A DNA stretch of 63,636 nucleotides, counting the filler, from Octopus bimaculoides (lineage: Eukaryota), in NCBI RefSeq assembly GCF_001194135.2. It is 5 parts of 4 records of this genome, joined end to end, with 100 filler letters (N's around TTAATTAATTAA, not from the genome) between each part and the next. Parts side by side here need not be neighbours in the genome. Positions count along the whole stretch, not along the records: positions 38,878 to 59,859 come from NC_068984.1; positions 59,960 to 62,265 come from NW_026373837.1; positions 62,366 to 63,636 come from NC_068984.1; 2 more parts are not named here. One strand, written 5' to 3'. The notes beneath the pieces were generated by a model that ran no database searches, had not been told where the DNA came from, and was given only the letters and a program-made list of their open reading frames with translations. The stretch's first letter is position 1. Each line of letters opens with the position of its first letter. Positions 49,500 to 62,419 of this stretch are shown here, piece after piece. A program made the position numbers and the translations under genes.

Positions 49500-49998
49500 T
49501 GAGTCTTGTTAACATCCAAGCTTAACATGTGCCGTTAGAAATAAAAAGAAAATTGACGTCGCTGAATATACTATTCAGCAGGATGCCGCCAAAGTGGCAT
49601 TAGCTCCCTCCAACAAGAATTGGGCCTAAAGATATGGAAAATAAATTGTTTTTTCCTTGATAACATTCATACCACGTGGCATAGAGGCTCAAAACCAAGG
49701 AGTCATCTTCAATTTCTCTAAAATGTCTCTCACACTGCTCCTTGTATCTTAGGAGGTAGATGTGTCCAAGGAATCCACAAAATTCTGAGGTATAAGAAGA
49801 CCGTCCAGGATAGTTGCAGGAGATTCCAAAGTCGTCTGGAGACCGTGGGTGAAGCCAATGGTGATTTTATTGAATAAATTTACTGTTTAGTATTTCAAGG
49901 TATTTTTATGCAATTTTGGTAAATATATCTGTTATAATGAGATGTGTTATTTTCATTTTTGCGTAATATAGACGACAATTTATTCATCGCACCCTGTA
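49500..49998 (+). mobile_element. maT-like transposon 3' remnant
   Basis: KKTVQDSCRRFQSRLETVGEANGDFIE* followed by a TIR-like …CATCGCACCCTG|TA. Confidence 0.75.
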
Positions 49999-50041
49999 CA
50001 TATGTGTATGTATGTGTGTGTGCGTGTGTGTTTACATACAT

Positions 50042-50074
<33 letters not shown>

Positions 50075-50348
50075 NNNNNNNNNNNNNNNNNNNNNNNNNN
50101 NNNNNNNNNNNNNNNNNNNNNNNNNNNNNNNNNNNNNNNNNNNNNNNNNNNNNNNNNNNNNNNNNNNNNNNNNNNNNNNNNNNNNNNNNNNNNNNNNNNN
50201 NNNNNNNNNNNNNNNNNNNNNNNNNNNNNNNNNNNNNNNNNNNNNNNNNNNNNNNNNNNNNNNNNNNNNNNNNNNNNNNNNNNNNNNNNNNNNNNNNNNN
50301 NNNNNNNNNNNNNNNNNNNNNNNNNNNNNNNNNNNNNNNNNNNNNNNN

Positions 50349-50401
<53 letters not shown>

Positions 50402-53009
50402 GGATGTATGTATGTATGGATGTATGGATGTATGTGTATGTGTGTATGTATGTATACAAGACATCAAATCTTGAAGTCAGGAACAAATTATAAATACTAT
50501 CAAAAGCAACAGCAGCAGCAACATCACCACGAACCACAACATCAGTTCTACCTCCAACAGCAGCAGCAACACCACCACCACAAACAACAACAACAACAAC
50601 AACATCTTCAACAACAACCCATTCAGCAATCGAAACATCTACAATAACAATGGCGACAGCCATAATCTTAAGAACAATGGCTTACTTTCCAAGTTATTCT
50701 TTTCTCCATTTACGGTGCGCCAGCAAAGGTTAAGGGCTCTGCCCCCTCATCTCCAGAACAACTCCCTCGCCACAGCAAGCACATATCTTACAAACCATAG
50801 TGTGTTGCAGCATTATTGGAAAGGCACTGCTAATTAAATGCAATTTGGAGAAAAAAATGAAATTAGTCAGTGACCTTTGAATCACCTTCTGTATACTTGT
50901 CTACACTCGCCACAATTTCAATATATTGTGGTCTAACAATATATTTCTGTGTACGAATGCGTGTATGCGTGCATGTGTGATTGCATATAAGTATATATAT
51001 ATATATATATATANNNNNNNNNNNNNNNNNNNTACATAAGTGTATACATACAGACATATATACATATATTCACACATATATATTCTTTATCTCTATCGTT
51101 TTATTTTCCACGAATTAGATTATATATATTCTACAGGGAACCTAATTGACACACAAACACATACTCACGTACGCATATACATACCCACAAACACGCACAT
51201 TGAGAAAAAAAAATGCAAGAATGTATACATGTAAGATGACTGACTCACACCAGAACTTCGATCAGTACTGATCGATAGAAATACACATATATACGGCTGT
51301 ATGTATTATGTATGTACATATGTATCGTGAAAAACTGCTTACGTACACACACACACACACATATACATGTATATATGTCTATATATATACATATATATAC
51401 GTCTATATATATATTCATATATATACATATATATGTATTTATGTATGTGTATATATACGCATATATATCTATATATATGCATTTATGTTTGTATGTTTGT
51501 GTATATATAATATATATTTTATATATGATATAAATATATGTATGTATGTGTGTATGTATGTACTGTACGCAGTCGTATTTAAACTGGTTACTTCCTCCAA
51601 TCATGTCTTACTATCTGGATTAGAAAAATATCCTCCAAGCCATTTCGACAGTTCCGCTGGAATTGATTTATTTTCTGGTATTGTATTATCGTTGTTGTTG
51701 TTATTGTTGGTCGTGGTGATGGCGGGGGCGGCTGGCGGTGGGGCGGAGGCGGTGTTGATGTGAGTGAATGACGTGGAGTTGATGATGCTCTCCTTCCCTG
51801 CATCATATATGTCTCTTTTATACTAACTCTTTTTTTTTCTTTTTACTGGTTATCTTTCTTTATTTCTTTGGTTCTTTCTTTCTTTCTTTCGCTTTATGTT
51901 GCTCTTATTTCTCTCTCTCTCTCTATCTATCTATCTCTCTCTCTCCCTCTCTCTCTCTCTCTGTCTCCTTCTCTCTCAGCTTCTCTTCACAATGCTCAAA
52001 TAACACGTCAGCATTACTTTAATGCCGAATATAACCGCACCAGCATCAGCACGCCCATCACCACCACCACCACTACCACATCTATTCCAGCCTCCACTGC
52101 CACCATCACCAATATAACCACCAGTACCACCACTACTACTGCTGCTGCTAACGCTAATACTACTCCAGTTACTACTGATGGTAATACTACTGCGACTGTA
52201 CGGCATCAGCGTCCATGTCAGCCAAATTAGTAGCAGCAAATAACAAGTCACTGCCGTTCCAAGTACCACCACGACAGACACATAACAATAGGCAAATCTC
52301 TCGAACACTCACAAAGGCACATAGGAACGCTCACATGTATACAGGCATATATATACATATGTGTGTGTACGTGCATGTGTGCTTGTATGTTTATGCATGC
52401 ATGAATATATATATGTGTGTGTGTGTGAGAGAGAGAAAGAGAGAGAGTGCGTTTATTCAAAAGCAATATGGAAAAGATTGCATTGAAAGAATGAGCAAAT
52501 ACCAGAATTATAACGACAATGTTACATAAAGCAATAATATTTAATAAAGGACTAGTGTCATGTGGTTAATGTCGTTCAGAGAAACTCCATATTCTTCGTT
52601 TCTCTTAACCAATATCGAACAAAATAGAGAACTTCCACTTGCCGACATGTGCTCAATCTATTTTGAACTTGAAAAGGGCTCTCTTTATACATTTGACGTT
52701 AATGGCAGATTGAAAATTTGCGAAGGTTATCAGAGCAAAACTATTGATAATTGCTTTCAGTATTCAAATATATTTAAGTATATTTACAGACATACGCGCG
52801 CACGCACACACACACACATATATGTTTCTTACGTGTACAAGGAAAGGGGTGTCGGTGACTTCGAATTTTCGGCCTACAGGCCTTTGTCGGACATTCGATA
52901 GTGTTCCATTTTACAGTGTATCGGGTTTTAGATTTCCAATTGGCGTTTTTACTTAAGCTATGTAGTATATCAATAAAGTAGTACAACGGATACACACGGG
53001 TATATATAT

Positions 53010-53080
<71 letters not shown>

Positions 53081-53161
53081 TAATAATAATATGACAGCAA
53101 AAGAATAAATGAGACCTTGATATTATGTAAAATAGAGGAATTTATCTATTAAGTATAATAT

Positions 53162-53252
53162 GTGACAATTAGTAACTGATGAGATGCCGGAGCAGACTTC
53201 ATCCCCGCATCCGAAACTCTGAGTTTCATTATGACAACCAACTAATTGCCAC
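53162..53252 (+). ncRNA. Type I hammerhead-ribozyme-like motif
   Basis: AGUAA-CUGAUGA-GAUGC…GCAUC-C-GAA-ACUC-U-GAGU-U/UCAUU, with an outer stem GUGACAAUUAGU/ACUAAUUGCCAC. There is one mismatch in stem I and one extra C before GAAA. Confidence 0.6.
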
Positions 53253-54294
53253 NNNNNNNNNNNNNNNNNNNNNNNNNNNNNNNNNNNNNNNNNNNNNNNN
53301 NNNNNNNNNNNNNNNNNNNNNNNNNNNNNNNNNNNNNNNNNNNNNNNNNNNNNNNNNNNNNNNNNNNNNNNNNNNNNNNNNNNNNNNNNNNNNNNNNNNN
53401 NNNNNNNNNNNNNNNNNNNNNNNNNNNNNNTATATATATATTCCTATGTATCCGTGAATAACACCCTTAATGCATCGTTTTCTTTTAGAAGACACCTGAG
53501 GAGTCACTCGCTAATAAAACTACATTTCTGAGGCACAAATGTTAAAATTAATTCTGCACTCGTTATATGGAAATGTTATTCTTAAAAGTGTTCGTTATAT
53601 GTACCTGAATTAAACACAATCTCAGGAATTCATTTTTTCTAACCGGAAAGAATGAAAGGCAAATCTAACGTGTTAGTGATTTGAAATCGCAACGTAAAAA
53701 TCACAAAACCACAAGTCACTTGACCCTTCGCTCTAACAAATCTGCCAATCTATAGAGTTCTATGGTGTCTACCATATATCAATAGCTAGACAGAAAGTTC
53801 CTATCGAATACGATGATGTAAACAGCATATATAAATGTGACAGTAAACGTGCTTTGAAAATAGCATCTTTGATATTGCGGTATCGGTTATTATTGTGGTG
53901 ACATCAATTGATCACCTGTCATTTAGCCAATTGATGGATGAGTCTTAAATGGTCTCAGCTCCAGCAGCACACTAATCTAGAGAACTTTCCTTTGGACTGA
54001 ATTAATCTAGTTCGGTATACTCTCTGTTTCAGCAATGGAGTACAGACATGTGCACATTAGCATATTCACTCGTTGCTCTCTGTTGGTTCCTGCTGGTTTT
54101 TGTCATTTCTAGCTATTTTGTGATCGTACATAGCGTTTCACTCCTCTGTGCATCTCTTTCAGGTTACAAAAATATGTTCCGTGTACGCAATTTTTCTCTG
54201 TGCGTGGTTTTTAATGATATACAGTTTGCAATTACTATAATGTAATTTGACATTCATAGAATCTTTTCCTTCATTAAGTGATTACATTGCACAT

Positions 54295-54457
54295 CCACGT
54301 GTTTACATCCCCGTAACATAGCAGTTCAGCAAAAGAGACGGATAGAATAAGTACTAAGTTTACAAAGAATAAGTCCTGGGGTCGATTTGTTCGACTAAAG
54401 GTGGTGCTCCAGCATGTCCGCATTCAAATGACTGAAACACATAAAAAATAAAAGAAA

Positions 54458-54460
<3 letters not shown>
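54295..54460 (+). mobile_element. SINE family A 3' half
   Basis: Matches the family A tail. Confidence 0.85.
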
Positions 54461-54503
<43 letters not shown>

Positions 54504-55274
54504 TTTGTATATACTTTTGCGGACCACAAGTTGGGTACCACTGGTCTAAGCCTGAGGTCATAATTTATCCAGCAAACATATAATCGAGACGTTCTATGCG
54601 TGACCATCACATTTTTAGATTTATTTCAAGGACCACATTATCCTGTTATATAAAAGACAACAAGGAATATTTTCTGAGGGAGACGTAGGTACTATTTATA
54701 GCAGATCACGGCAGTTATAAGGACTTGTGGTTTTGTCGAGTTTCGGGAGCTTTTCTGGGGTTATCTTTTCTTTTCAACGAAGGAGTGAGTAGGGCGGGGT
54801 TGCTATCCGATAATAAGAAATATGAAATAATTACAGCCAAACTTACACATCTTATTTTGTGGCCGCGGCAGGTTGCCAAAATTATTTTAACCAACCATGT
54901 ATGCTATCACGTGTCCATTATTGATCAAAATTATGATCACCACTGAAACCCATGATTATGATTAATGATTACTTGTATCATTTATATCAAGGTGTGTTCA
55001 TCTTCTAGTTATTCAGGCAAGGAAGAATATGACGTGACAGTCGTTTGAAAAATTTATTCATAAACGAACGAATATTAAAGTTTTGTTCTTTTTTTTATAT
55101 AGAAAATTGTTTAATGTTGGAAAAATTGACTTTCTCCATGCGCTAACAACAACATCGACGACAATGACGAGCTGAAATCAGATAAGAGATACAATTGCTT
55201 TGTGAGAATTCAGATTCCAGTAAAACAAACGCGCGCTGTAACTCATTTATTATGCGTGTATTGGTTTCGAATTT

Positions 55275-55470
55275 TGGCCCAAAACCAGCAAATCGAAAGA
55301 AGGATGTAAGTCGATTATATCAGCCCTCAATGCTCAACATTTATCGATTCGAGAAGATGAAAGCAAAGTCGGTTTCGGTGGAATTTGAACTCAGAACGTA
55401 AAGACGGAGAAAATGCCCCTGAGCATTTTGTCCGGCGCGTTAACGACTCTACCAGCTCGCCGCCTTACTT
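55275..55470 (-). mobile_element. SINE family B
   Basis: Reverse complement begins GGCGGCGAGCTGGTAGAGTCGTTAACGCGCCGG…GAGTTCAAATTCCACCGA. Confidence 0.8.
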
Positions 55471-56451
55471 GTGAGGATCCATATTCCAATGAAAGGACGT
55501 ATACAGTAACCCGTACACGTAAATTACAAGCGTTTTAACTGTATAATGGTAAATATTTATTAATTTTAATCAATACCATTCCATAGAAATGCTATACACC
55601 ACGTTTTTCTACAATAGAATGTCTGGTACAAATTTATTTCCTCGAGAGAAACTTCCTAACATAATTAGAACACTTATATATCGTTAATCATTAATATATT
55701 AGTATCTTAATGTTGTTAATATTCGAAGGGAAAATATGAAAGTCTTACGTCAGAAAGTTTCTTTATGAATCTCTACCTTTTGGTCTAACATCCTTTTGGT
55801 CTAATTACTGAAACAAATAAAAATTGAAAGCAATAAAATATGAAAGTAACTCCAACAAATTGTTTGCGGATATCATATGTTTACAGTAATCAGACGATAG
55901 GTTGAATATAAGATAGAGATCTTCCATAGAATGCAAGCATTCTCCCTTTTCCCATATTTTGTGAGAAATAATGTGCCAGCATTTACCGTCAGGCTTTGCC
56001 ATATGTACAGGTTTGGTCAAAACTCAGTCGACAGTAAATCAAAATTCCATAAATTCTATCTGTAATTCTGTATTCACTCGAATGGAAAAATGGTGTCGCT
56101 CAGGAAGGACGTCCATGATGTTTCATATTTAGATGCTTTTATTAAATTCATTCAGTTGTTAAACATAAATAAATCTTGGAATTAAATGGTTTTGATTTAC
56201 TGCCGGGTGCCTTTTGGCCAACCCTGTTTATTAATTTTTTTTTTTTAATCTATTTGCCACTTCTGCTAAATCCATTTCAGAAGAGAGACTAGAAATATCC
56301 TCATTTGTTTCGGTCAGATTGCATATGACATTTACTTTATGTATGAACTGTGTAGATACGAGTTCAAAGGAGTTGTCCATAACGTTTTCAAATAGAAAAA
56401 CCAGTACATGACAAATGACATGGATAAAATGATAGCATGTTGTTAACTTAA

Positions 56452-56630
56452 AAGGGAAGAATGCCCTAGGAAACATCCTTTCCTGTTGGACTTGGCACAT
56501 TTCCTGGATGCTGGCTTTGCTGGGTGGAAGTGCTTGTCTCCACCTCGAAGACATAAGGACATAGGAAATATGTCAAGTCCAACAGGAGACAGTGTTTCCT
56601 AGGGCTAAATAACAGTAGCATTCTTCCCTT
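56452..56630. mobile_element. Fold-back MITE, TTAA-flanked, AG…/…CTT ends (Kolobok-like)
   Basis: TTAA|AAGGGAAGAATGC…CCTAGGAAACA…CCTGTTGGACTTG pairs with CAAGTCCAACAGG…TGTTTCCTAGG…GCATTCTTCCCTT|TTAT. Confidence 0.75.
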
Positions 56631-57008
56631 TTATGGTACTGCCGCATTAAGTTGACAATATACTATCACTTTATCGTACTGCTACTGCATAAATCTCTCT
56701 ATTTTCAAATGACACGGAATCAGTTACGATTTACAACGAATTGTTTTCTGCTGTCAAACCTTCTGTATCCATTACGTTTTGCACAACTTGGATTCATTTT
56801 TTTTCTTTTTTGTTTAACTCTACTTTGTAAATTCTACAGTTGTTGCTGAATATTTCTCTTTGTGAGATTTACAAATAGTAATTTTCTAATTCATTTTGAT
56901 GGTGTTCTCATTTTAGAAAAGCTGTAGCTTTATATATCTCCAAACGAACGATGCAGACGAAACTAAATCTCACAACGAGAAATACTCAGCAACAGTACTT
57001 TGGAGTAA

Positions 57009-57409
57009 AGATTATTTGCCAACATAACATGACAATTCTGGTTTAGGACGAATGTTGCTGCAATTTAGCCCCAAGACACAGATCTATAGCCAGCTAGAGA
57101 TGATGTTAGAAATTTTTTAATTTATCGATCAGTGACTAGTTGTCACTTTCAAAACTATATATTTCGAACGGGAATTTGGCAGCATCACCTCTAGCCGAAC
57201 AAGTATTCTCTGCTGATGAAGGGAAATAACTCGGAAATCGCGTTACACAGAAATTGTTTGGAGCTGAGTAGGGGTGCTAGATTCCCTTGTTCGAAAATAT
57301 AAGGATACAGATCGTGTCATATAGCCAGCTGGAGACGATGTCTCCTGGGACTAAATTATAGCAACATTTATCCTAAACCAGGACTGCCATGTTATGTTGG
57401 CAAATAACT
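57009..57409. mobile_element. Fold-back element (Kolobok-like ends) with a central hammerhead-like motif (57207-57251)
   Basis: AG.TTATTTGCCAACATAACATG…GGTTTAGGA pairs with TCCTAAACC…CATGTTATGTTGGCAAATAACT|TTAA. The centre reads UCUCUG-CUGAUGA-AGGGAAAUAACUCG-GAAAUCGCGUUA/CACAGA. Confidence 0.7.
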
Positions 57410-57969
57410 TTAAATCCACCATCAACATGATACACAGCAAATTCCGCCCATCCTAGTTTAAATTATTACGGAAATAGCTTTAAAGAGAATCAGTCAGTTG
57501 CTGCATTTTTTTTCTAACTCTATACTTTGTCATGGTAGAAAAGAAATGTATTGATAATTTCACCAGCCGTTCAGTCATTTATTAATTTTCTGGATGACGT
57601 ACTAGACAAACTGTTCGCCACATGCATAAGATATTCATCATTCAGCTCTTCACTCAGAGAATCCAGAAATACCCAGAATCCTTTGTAACTCCCTGCGTTC
57701 TGTTGGTTCTTATATAATTCGTGTTATCTTGAGAATATCATCGAGCTGTTTAAATAGTTCTCTGCATTTCAAAATAGTTTGTAGAATGCCACTGCCTCAG
57801 TAGATATAGATATTTCTCCAGAAATTTGCACCAACTGTCCAGAAGCCGTTAATACTTTCCAGTAATAAAAACTGATCGTCTTTCTGTATTCTGTCAGTTG
57901 AAGTATTATATCAGAAATAAGCAACTTTAACCGAGGCGATTTGCTGTCAGAATAAATCGAGACCTCATT

Positions 57970-58260
57970 AAACAATAACTTTTAGGTGTTCATTGAGAAA
58001 ACAAACATGAATTATAATAAAGTTCAAATAGCTTATTACAGTCGGACAATTGTATTTCAGAAGTGACTGTCGTCCACTGTTTGTTGTTTGAAGCAAGCCT
58101 GTCTTATTATCCACGTGATGCATGACTCTGTTAGTTTTATCACAAATTGTTGGTTTACATTTCTCACACTCCTTTTGCGCATCGAACAAGCGATAAGTTG
58201 ATAGACACCCGAACACCACCCGCTAATCCACGAGGCATCTTATTCTTTTTTGTTGCACTT
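57970..58260 (-). mobile_element. Possible decayed P-element/THAP9-like transposase C-terminus
   Basis: VVFGCL…KECEKCKPTIC…NSG..SLLKY loosely resembles Y.AG.VV….C..C…L….RGGL..P; weak. Confidence 0.25.
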
Positions 58261-58413
58261 TCCTCACGACTGGCAGGAATATCTGCAGATATTTCATTTA
58301 ATCAGCTGCATTTCGCTCTTTTGCGAATCAACCATTAGATGGATACACTGAGGCTGATATCATTAGGTGTGATTCGACACCCACTGTGGAGTCGGTTCTT
58401 GGTTTCTTTCATC

Positions 58414-58465
<52 letters not shown>

Positions 58466-59429
58466 CGCGCAATTAAAAGAAGAAGAAAAAATATGTGATT
58501 TAAAAATGCCATCGAAGTTGAGCAATATGGATGGTTAATGGCTGAAGCAGGACCGAGAACTCATGAAATATGCATTTACGCTCATTACCTATCTTCTACA
58601 TTCGATCACATTGTTTACTAAACGTATTTTATACACGAAACGAAGTAACTTTCAGCGTTTGCTCTAGTTTTTATAGAAAATCTCTTAATGTTCTTAAAGC
58701 ATGTAACGTGTTATAGATTGTAGCCTGCCGCCATCAAATAAGACATAAAGTCACAAAGTCACAGAGTCGTCACACAATTCTGGAAAGATAATGAAATAGA
58801 AGACGGTATCACTGGTAAGACAGAGAATAGCAACGCCACCTAGAGGTTTTAATTATTTAGATTTTATAGAAATTGTTACTTGCACATGTTTATTAAGTGT
58901 CTAATTTTAAGTTATATACACGAAAAAATTAACAAAATAAACTAAACTTCGCGTGCTTTCGGAGTAATTTCATTGCTGCACCCAAACGAAATGACTGTTT
59001 GGAAACGGCACATCTTCATGAAAAAGGACTATCATTGCACATTTGGAAATATTAGATGCATATGTTATACATTGCACAATATAAGGTCGCTGATTTTTTT
59101 TTTTTTTTTGGCTTCACTGCATGCTAATTATTTATGCATATTGTGTCTCCGTATTTTAAACCGTGCACGATATAAAGATAACCACAACAATACTTGGTAA
59201 CATTGTATGCTTATTTCATATACTGCATACAATGAACTCCGATTTATTAGATTATTGAACACATTGATATGTTTGTTATCCTTATATATTAGTTATCCTC
59301 TGATCGACCTATTATTTCCTTCTTGCCTCTCTGATAATCGGCGTACATTTCCAAAGAAATGTGCTCCACCATAGGAATATTAAATTCTTTTAAGTTTGGA
59401 GGCTGCCAGAGTCGTTACCGTAGTGGAAC

Positions 59430-59700
59430 AAACGCTTAGTGGTGTTTCTTCCGCCCTTATATTCCCAGCTCAAATTCTGCTGAGTTCAACTATGCTTTTC
59501 GTCCTCTCAAGGTCGAGAAAACAAGTAAAAGTTAAATACTGGTGTCGATGAAATCCACTTTCTCCTTCCTTCTGTGACGAGGGCTTTTTGGCAAAAATTT
59601 CAATCCAATAGTGGTTTGAAATTTTAGCACAAGGTCAGCAATTTCGGGGGAAGAGGAAAGTCGATTAAGTCGACTCCGGTGTTCAGCTGGTGTTTATCAT
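59430..59700. mobile_element. Two decayed family B SINE remnants (plus then minus)
   Basis: CTCAAATTCTGCTGAGTTCAACT.TGCTTTTCGTCCT…GGTCGA, then the inverted tail GCACAAGG…AATTTCGGGGG…GTCGATTAAGTCGAC. Confidence 0.55.
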
Positions 59701-59824
59701 ACTGTTCCCCATTGGATGAATTTATATCTAGATTTAGATGATGTTCAGCCCTATGCCGCATTATTAATGTCTAAGTAAGGCTTATGTATATATATATTTA
59801 TATATATATAAATATATATTCTCA

Positions 59825-59859
<35 letters not shown>

Positions 59860-59959
59860 NNNNNNNNNNNNNNNNNNNNNNNNNNNNNNNNNNNNNNNNN
59901 NNNTTAATTAATTAANNNNNNNNNNNNNNNNNNNNNNNNNNNNNNNNNNNNNNNNNNNN

Positions 59960-60006
<47 letters not shown>

Positions 60007-61436
60007 CAGACTGTAGATGTTGACTAGATATATAGACAGGGTGTTGATGTGGTGTATATATAGACTTACTGTGGATCTTGTGTGTGTGTGTAGATGTCTG
60101 AATAGATAGACACAATGTATAGATGTTGAGTGAGTGTGTCTACATGTTGGCTGGACATCAGAAGTAGAGATGTTGAGTGTGTATATATATATATGTAGTG
60201 TTGATTGGGTTTGCAGATGTTGACAGGGTGTATATACAGACAGACGCTCAGCATAAATGTCACCCACTTTATACACACACACACCGTCCTCTAATTTTTT
60301 TTCAGTTATTCCATTAGTTACAGCATCGTCCACCAGATGGACATGTCCTTCCTGTAGCTTCAACCATCTCGACTGCTGTTTGAAAAACTCCCTGATTGTC
60401 GTCTCCCTTTATACAAGGAACTGAAGCTTCTCAAGTGACATTCTTATTATTCCTCTGACGGACACGTCGTCCTGTATTTTTCAATTGTCTGTCTGTATGT
60501 ATTGTTTGTTAAATCACTGTCTGGTTGTTTCGTTTTCAATCGGAAATCAGAAGTTACATACCTGTCTGTATGCGAAAAGCACGGCCCCTGTGTGTCCCTT
60601 TTTACACCAGAAAACGACTCCTCCTCTTCCACAAATTTTTGCTGTGTTACTCAGTATATGAACATTTTCACCCCTAAACGTAACCTACTCCACAGATGTG
60701 TTCCAGTCCACCACAACAAACTCAAAAAAAATCACACACCACAGATGTGTTACTGTCCCCGCCACCACCCTACAAACAATTGATCTGATTCCCTCCACCC
60801 GCCATGACTACCACTCCACTGACCCCCTGGTCCCCTCCCCTCAAATTTTACCTCCAATTTGTAACTTATATAAATAAAAAACTTCCCAAACAACTAGTCA
60901 TATCATAACTCGTGTCATTGTTATCATTAATAAAAAGAGAAAAATTGAAGGCTGTCCGTGGAGAGTATTTTTCAATCCAATATTTNNNNNNNNNNNNNNN
61001 NNNNNNNNNNNNNNNNNNNNNNNNNNNNNNNNNNNNNNNNNNNNNNNNNNNNNNNNNNNNNNNNNNNNNNNNNNNNNNNNNNNNNNNNNNNNNNNNNNNN
61101 NNNNNNNNNNNNNNNNNNNNNNNNNNNNNNNNNNNNNNNNNNNNNNNNNNNNNNNNNNNNNNNNNNNNNNNNNNNNNNNNNNNNNNNNNNNNNNNNNNNN
61201 NNNNNNNNNNNNNNNNNNNNNNNNNNNNNNNNNNNNNNNNNNNNNNNNNNNNNNNNNNNNNNNNNNNNNNNNNNNNNNNNNNNNNNNNNNNNNNNNNNNN
61301 NNNNNNNNNNNNNNNNNNNNNNNNNNNNNNNNNNNNNNNNNNNNNNNNNNNNNNNNNNNNNNNNNNNNNNNNNNNNNNNNNNNNNNNNNNNNNNNNNNNN
61401 NNNNNNNNNNNNNNNNNNNNNNNNNNNNNNNNNNNN

Positions 61437-61690
61437 CTGGTGGCACATAAAATACACCATTTTGAGCGTGGCCGTTGCCAGTACCGCCTGACTGGCCTTC
61501 GTGCGGGTGACACGTAAAAGCACCCACTACACTCTCTGAGTGGTTGGCGTTAGGAAGGGCATCCAGCTGTAGAAACTCTGCCAAATCAGATTGGAGCCTG
61601 GTGTTGCCATCCGGTTTCACCAGTCCTCAGTCAAATCGTCCAACCCATGCTAGCATGGAAAGCGGACGTTAAACGATGATGATGATGTAT
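61437..61690 (+). mobile_element. RTE-tail-type SINE, young copy with (GAT)n tail
   Basis: …GGTTGGCGTTAGGAAGGGCATCCAGCTGTAGAAAC…CCATGCTAGCATGGAAAGCGGACGTTAAACGATGATGATGATG. Confidence 0.85.
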
Positions 61691-62365
61691 ATATAAAAGA
61701 GACCACTAAGTGGACTGCTAATGTGCTAGAAGAAGATCACCGAATAATTCTCAAAGAAAAAAATTTAGTGAAGCAAAAGCTTCCGGGCGAGACTAGTGAA
61801 AATTATAGAAATAAATACACGGTTACCGAAAATATCTGTTTCTCCTAACTACAGACTGCCAAAGAGATATAATTCCCAGAATTGCATATTAGTTGTTCCC
61901 AATATATATGTCATAAGAATTTTATAAACTTTCGAGTGCTACGAAAAGGTATTAAGTTCCCAGAGGGGTCATTCATGGCTTTCGTTCCGCAGTCAAGTAT
62001 ACCAGAGGTCCTTACTGTTTCGGGCAGTTACTCTTGATTGAGACAGTTCAATCTAGTTGCCCCCAAAAGGCTGAGCTAATAGCATGAGACTTTTTTTTGT
62101 AAGAAAGCTAGCAAATGTGTACGGCAACAAAGACAAAAAAAAACCGGAGAACATGGTACACAAACACAAACAAGAAAGTCTTTCGACTGAGAACGAATGA
62201 AATTGAGCTGGCGTTTATGAAGTGAAAACCTAAAGGCAGGAACATAGGAGATGGACATAAGAGGTNNNNNNNNNNNNNNNNNNNNNNNNNNNNNNNNNNN
62301 NNNNNNNNNTTAATTAATTAANNNNNNNNNNNNNNNNNNNNNNNNNNNNNNNNNNNNNNNNNNNN

Positions 62366-62419
<54 letters not shown>

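Noticed and set aside
50475-50650. PolyQ/His-rich reading frame (QQQQHHHEPQHQ…)
   Set aside because: Degenerate (CAA/CAG/CAC)n tract beside other microsatellites; no exon boundaries. The same applies to the Thr-rich tract at 52020-52230 and the Ala-rich tract at 39220-39440.
53485-53530. GACACCTGAGGAGTCAC… hammerhead-like start
   Set aside because: Stem II and GAAA are missing.
60315-60360. RWTCPSCSF peptide resembling a RanBP2/NZF finger
   Set aside because: Spacing to Asn and the second Cys pair does not fit, the frame is short, and there are no splice signals.
62010-62085. Minus-strand GGGCA…UGCCC-GAAACAGUA hairpin resembling HHR stem II/III
   Set aside because: No CUGANGA upstream of the stem.
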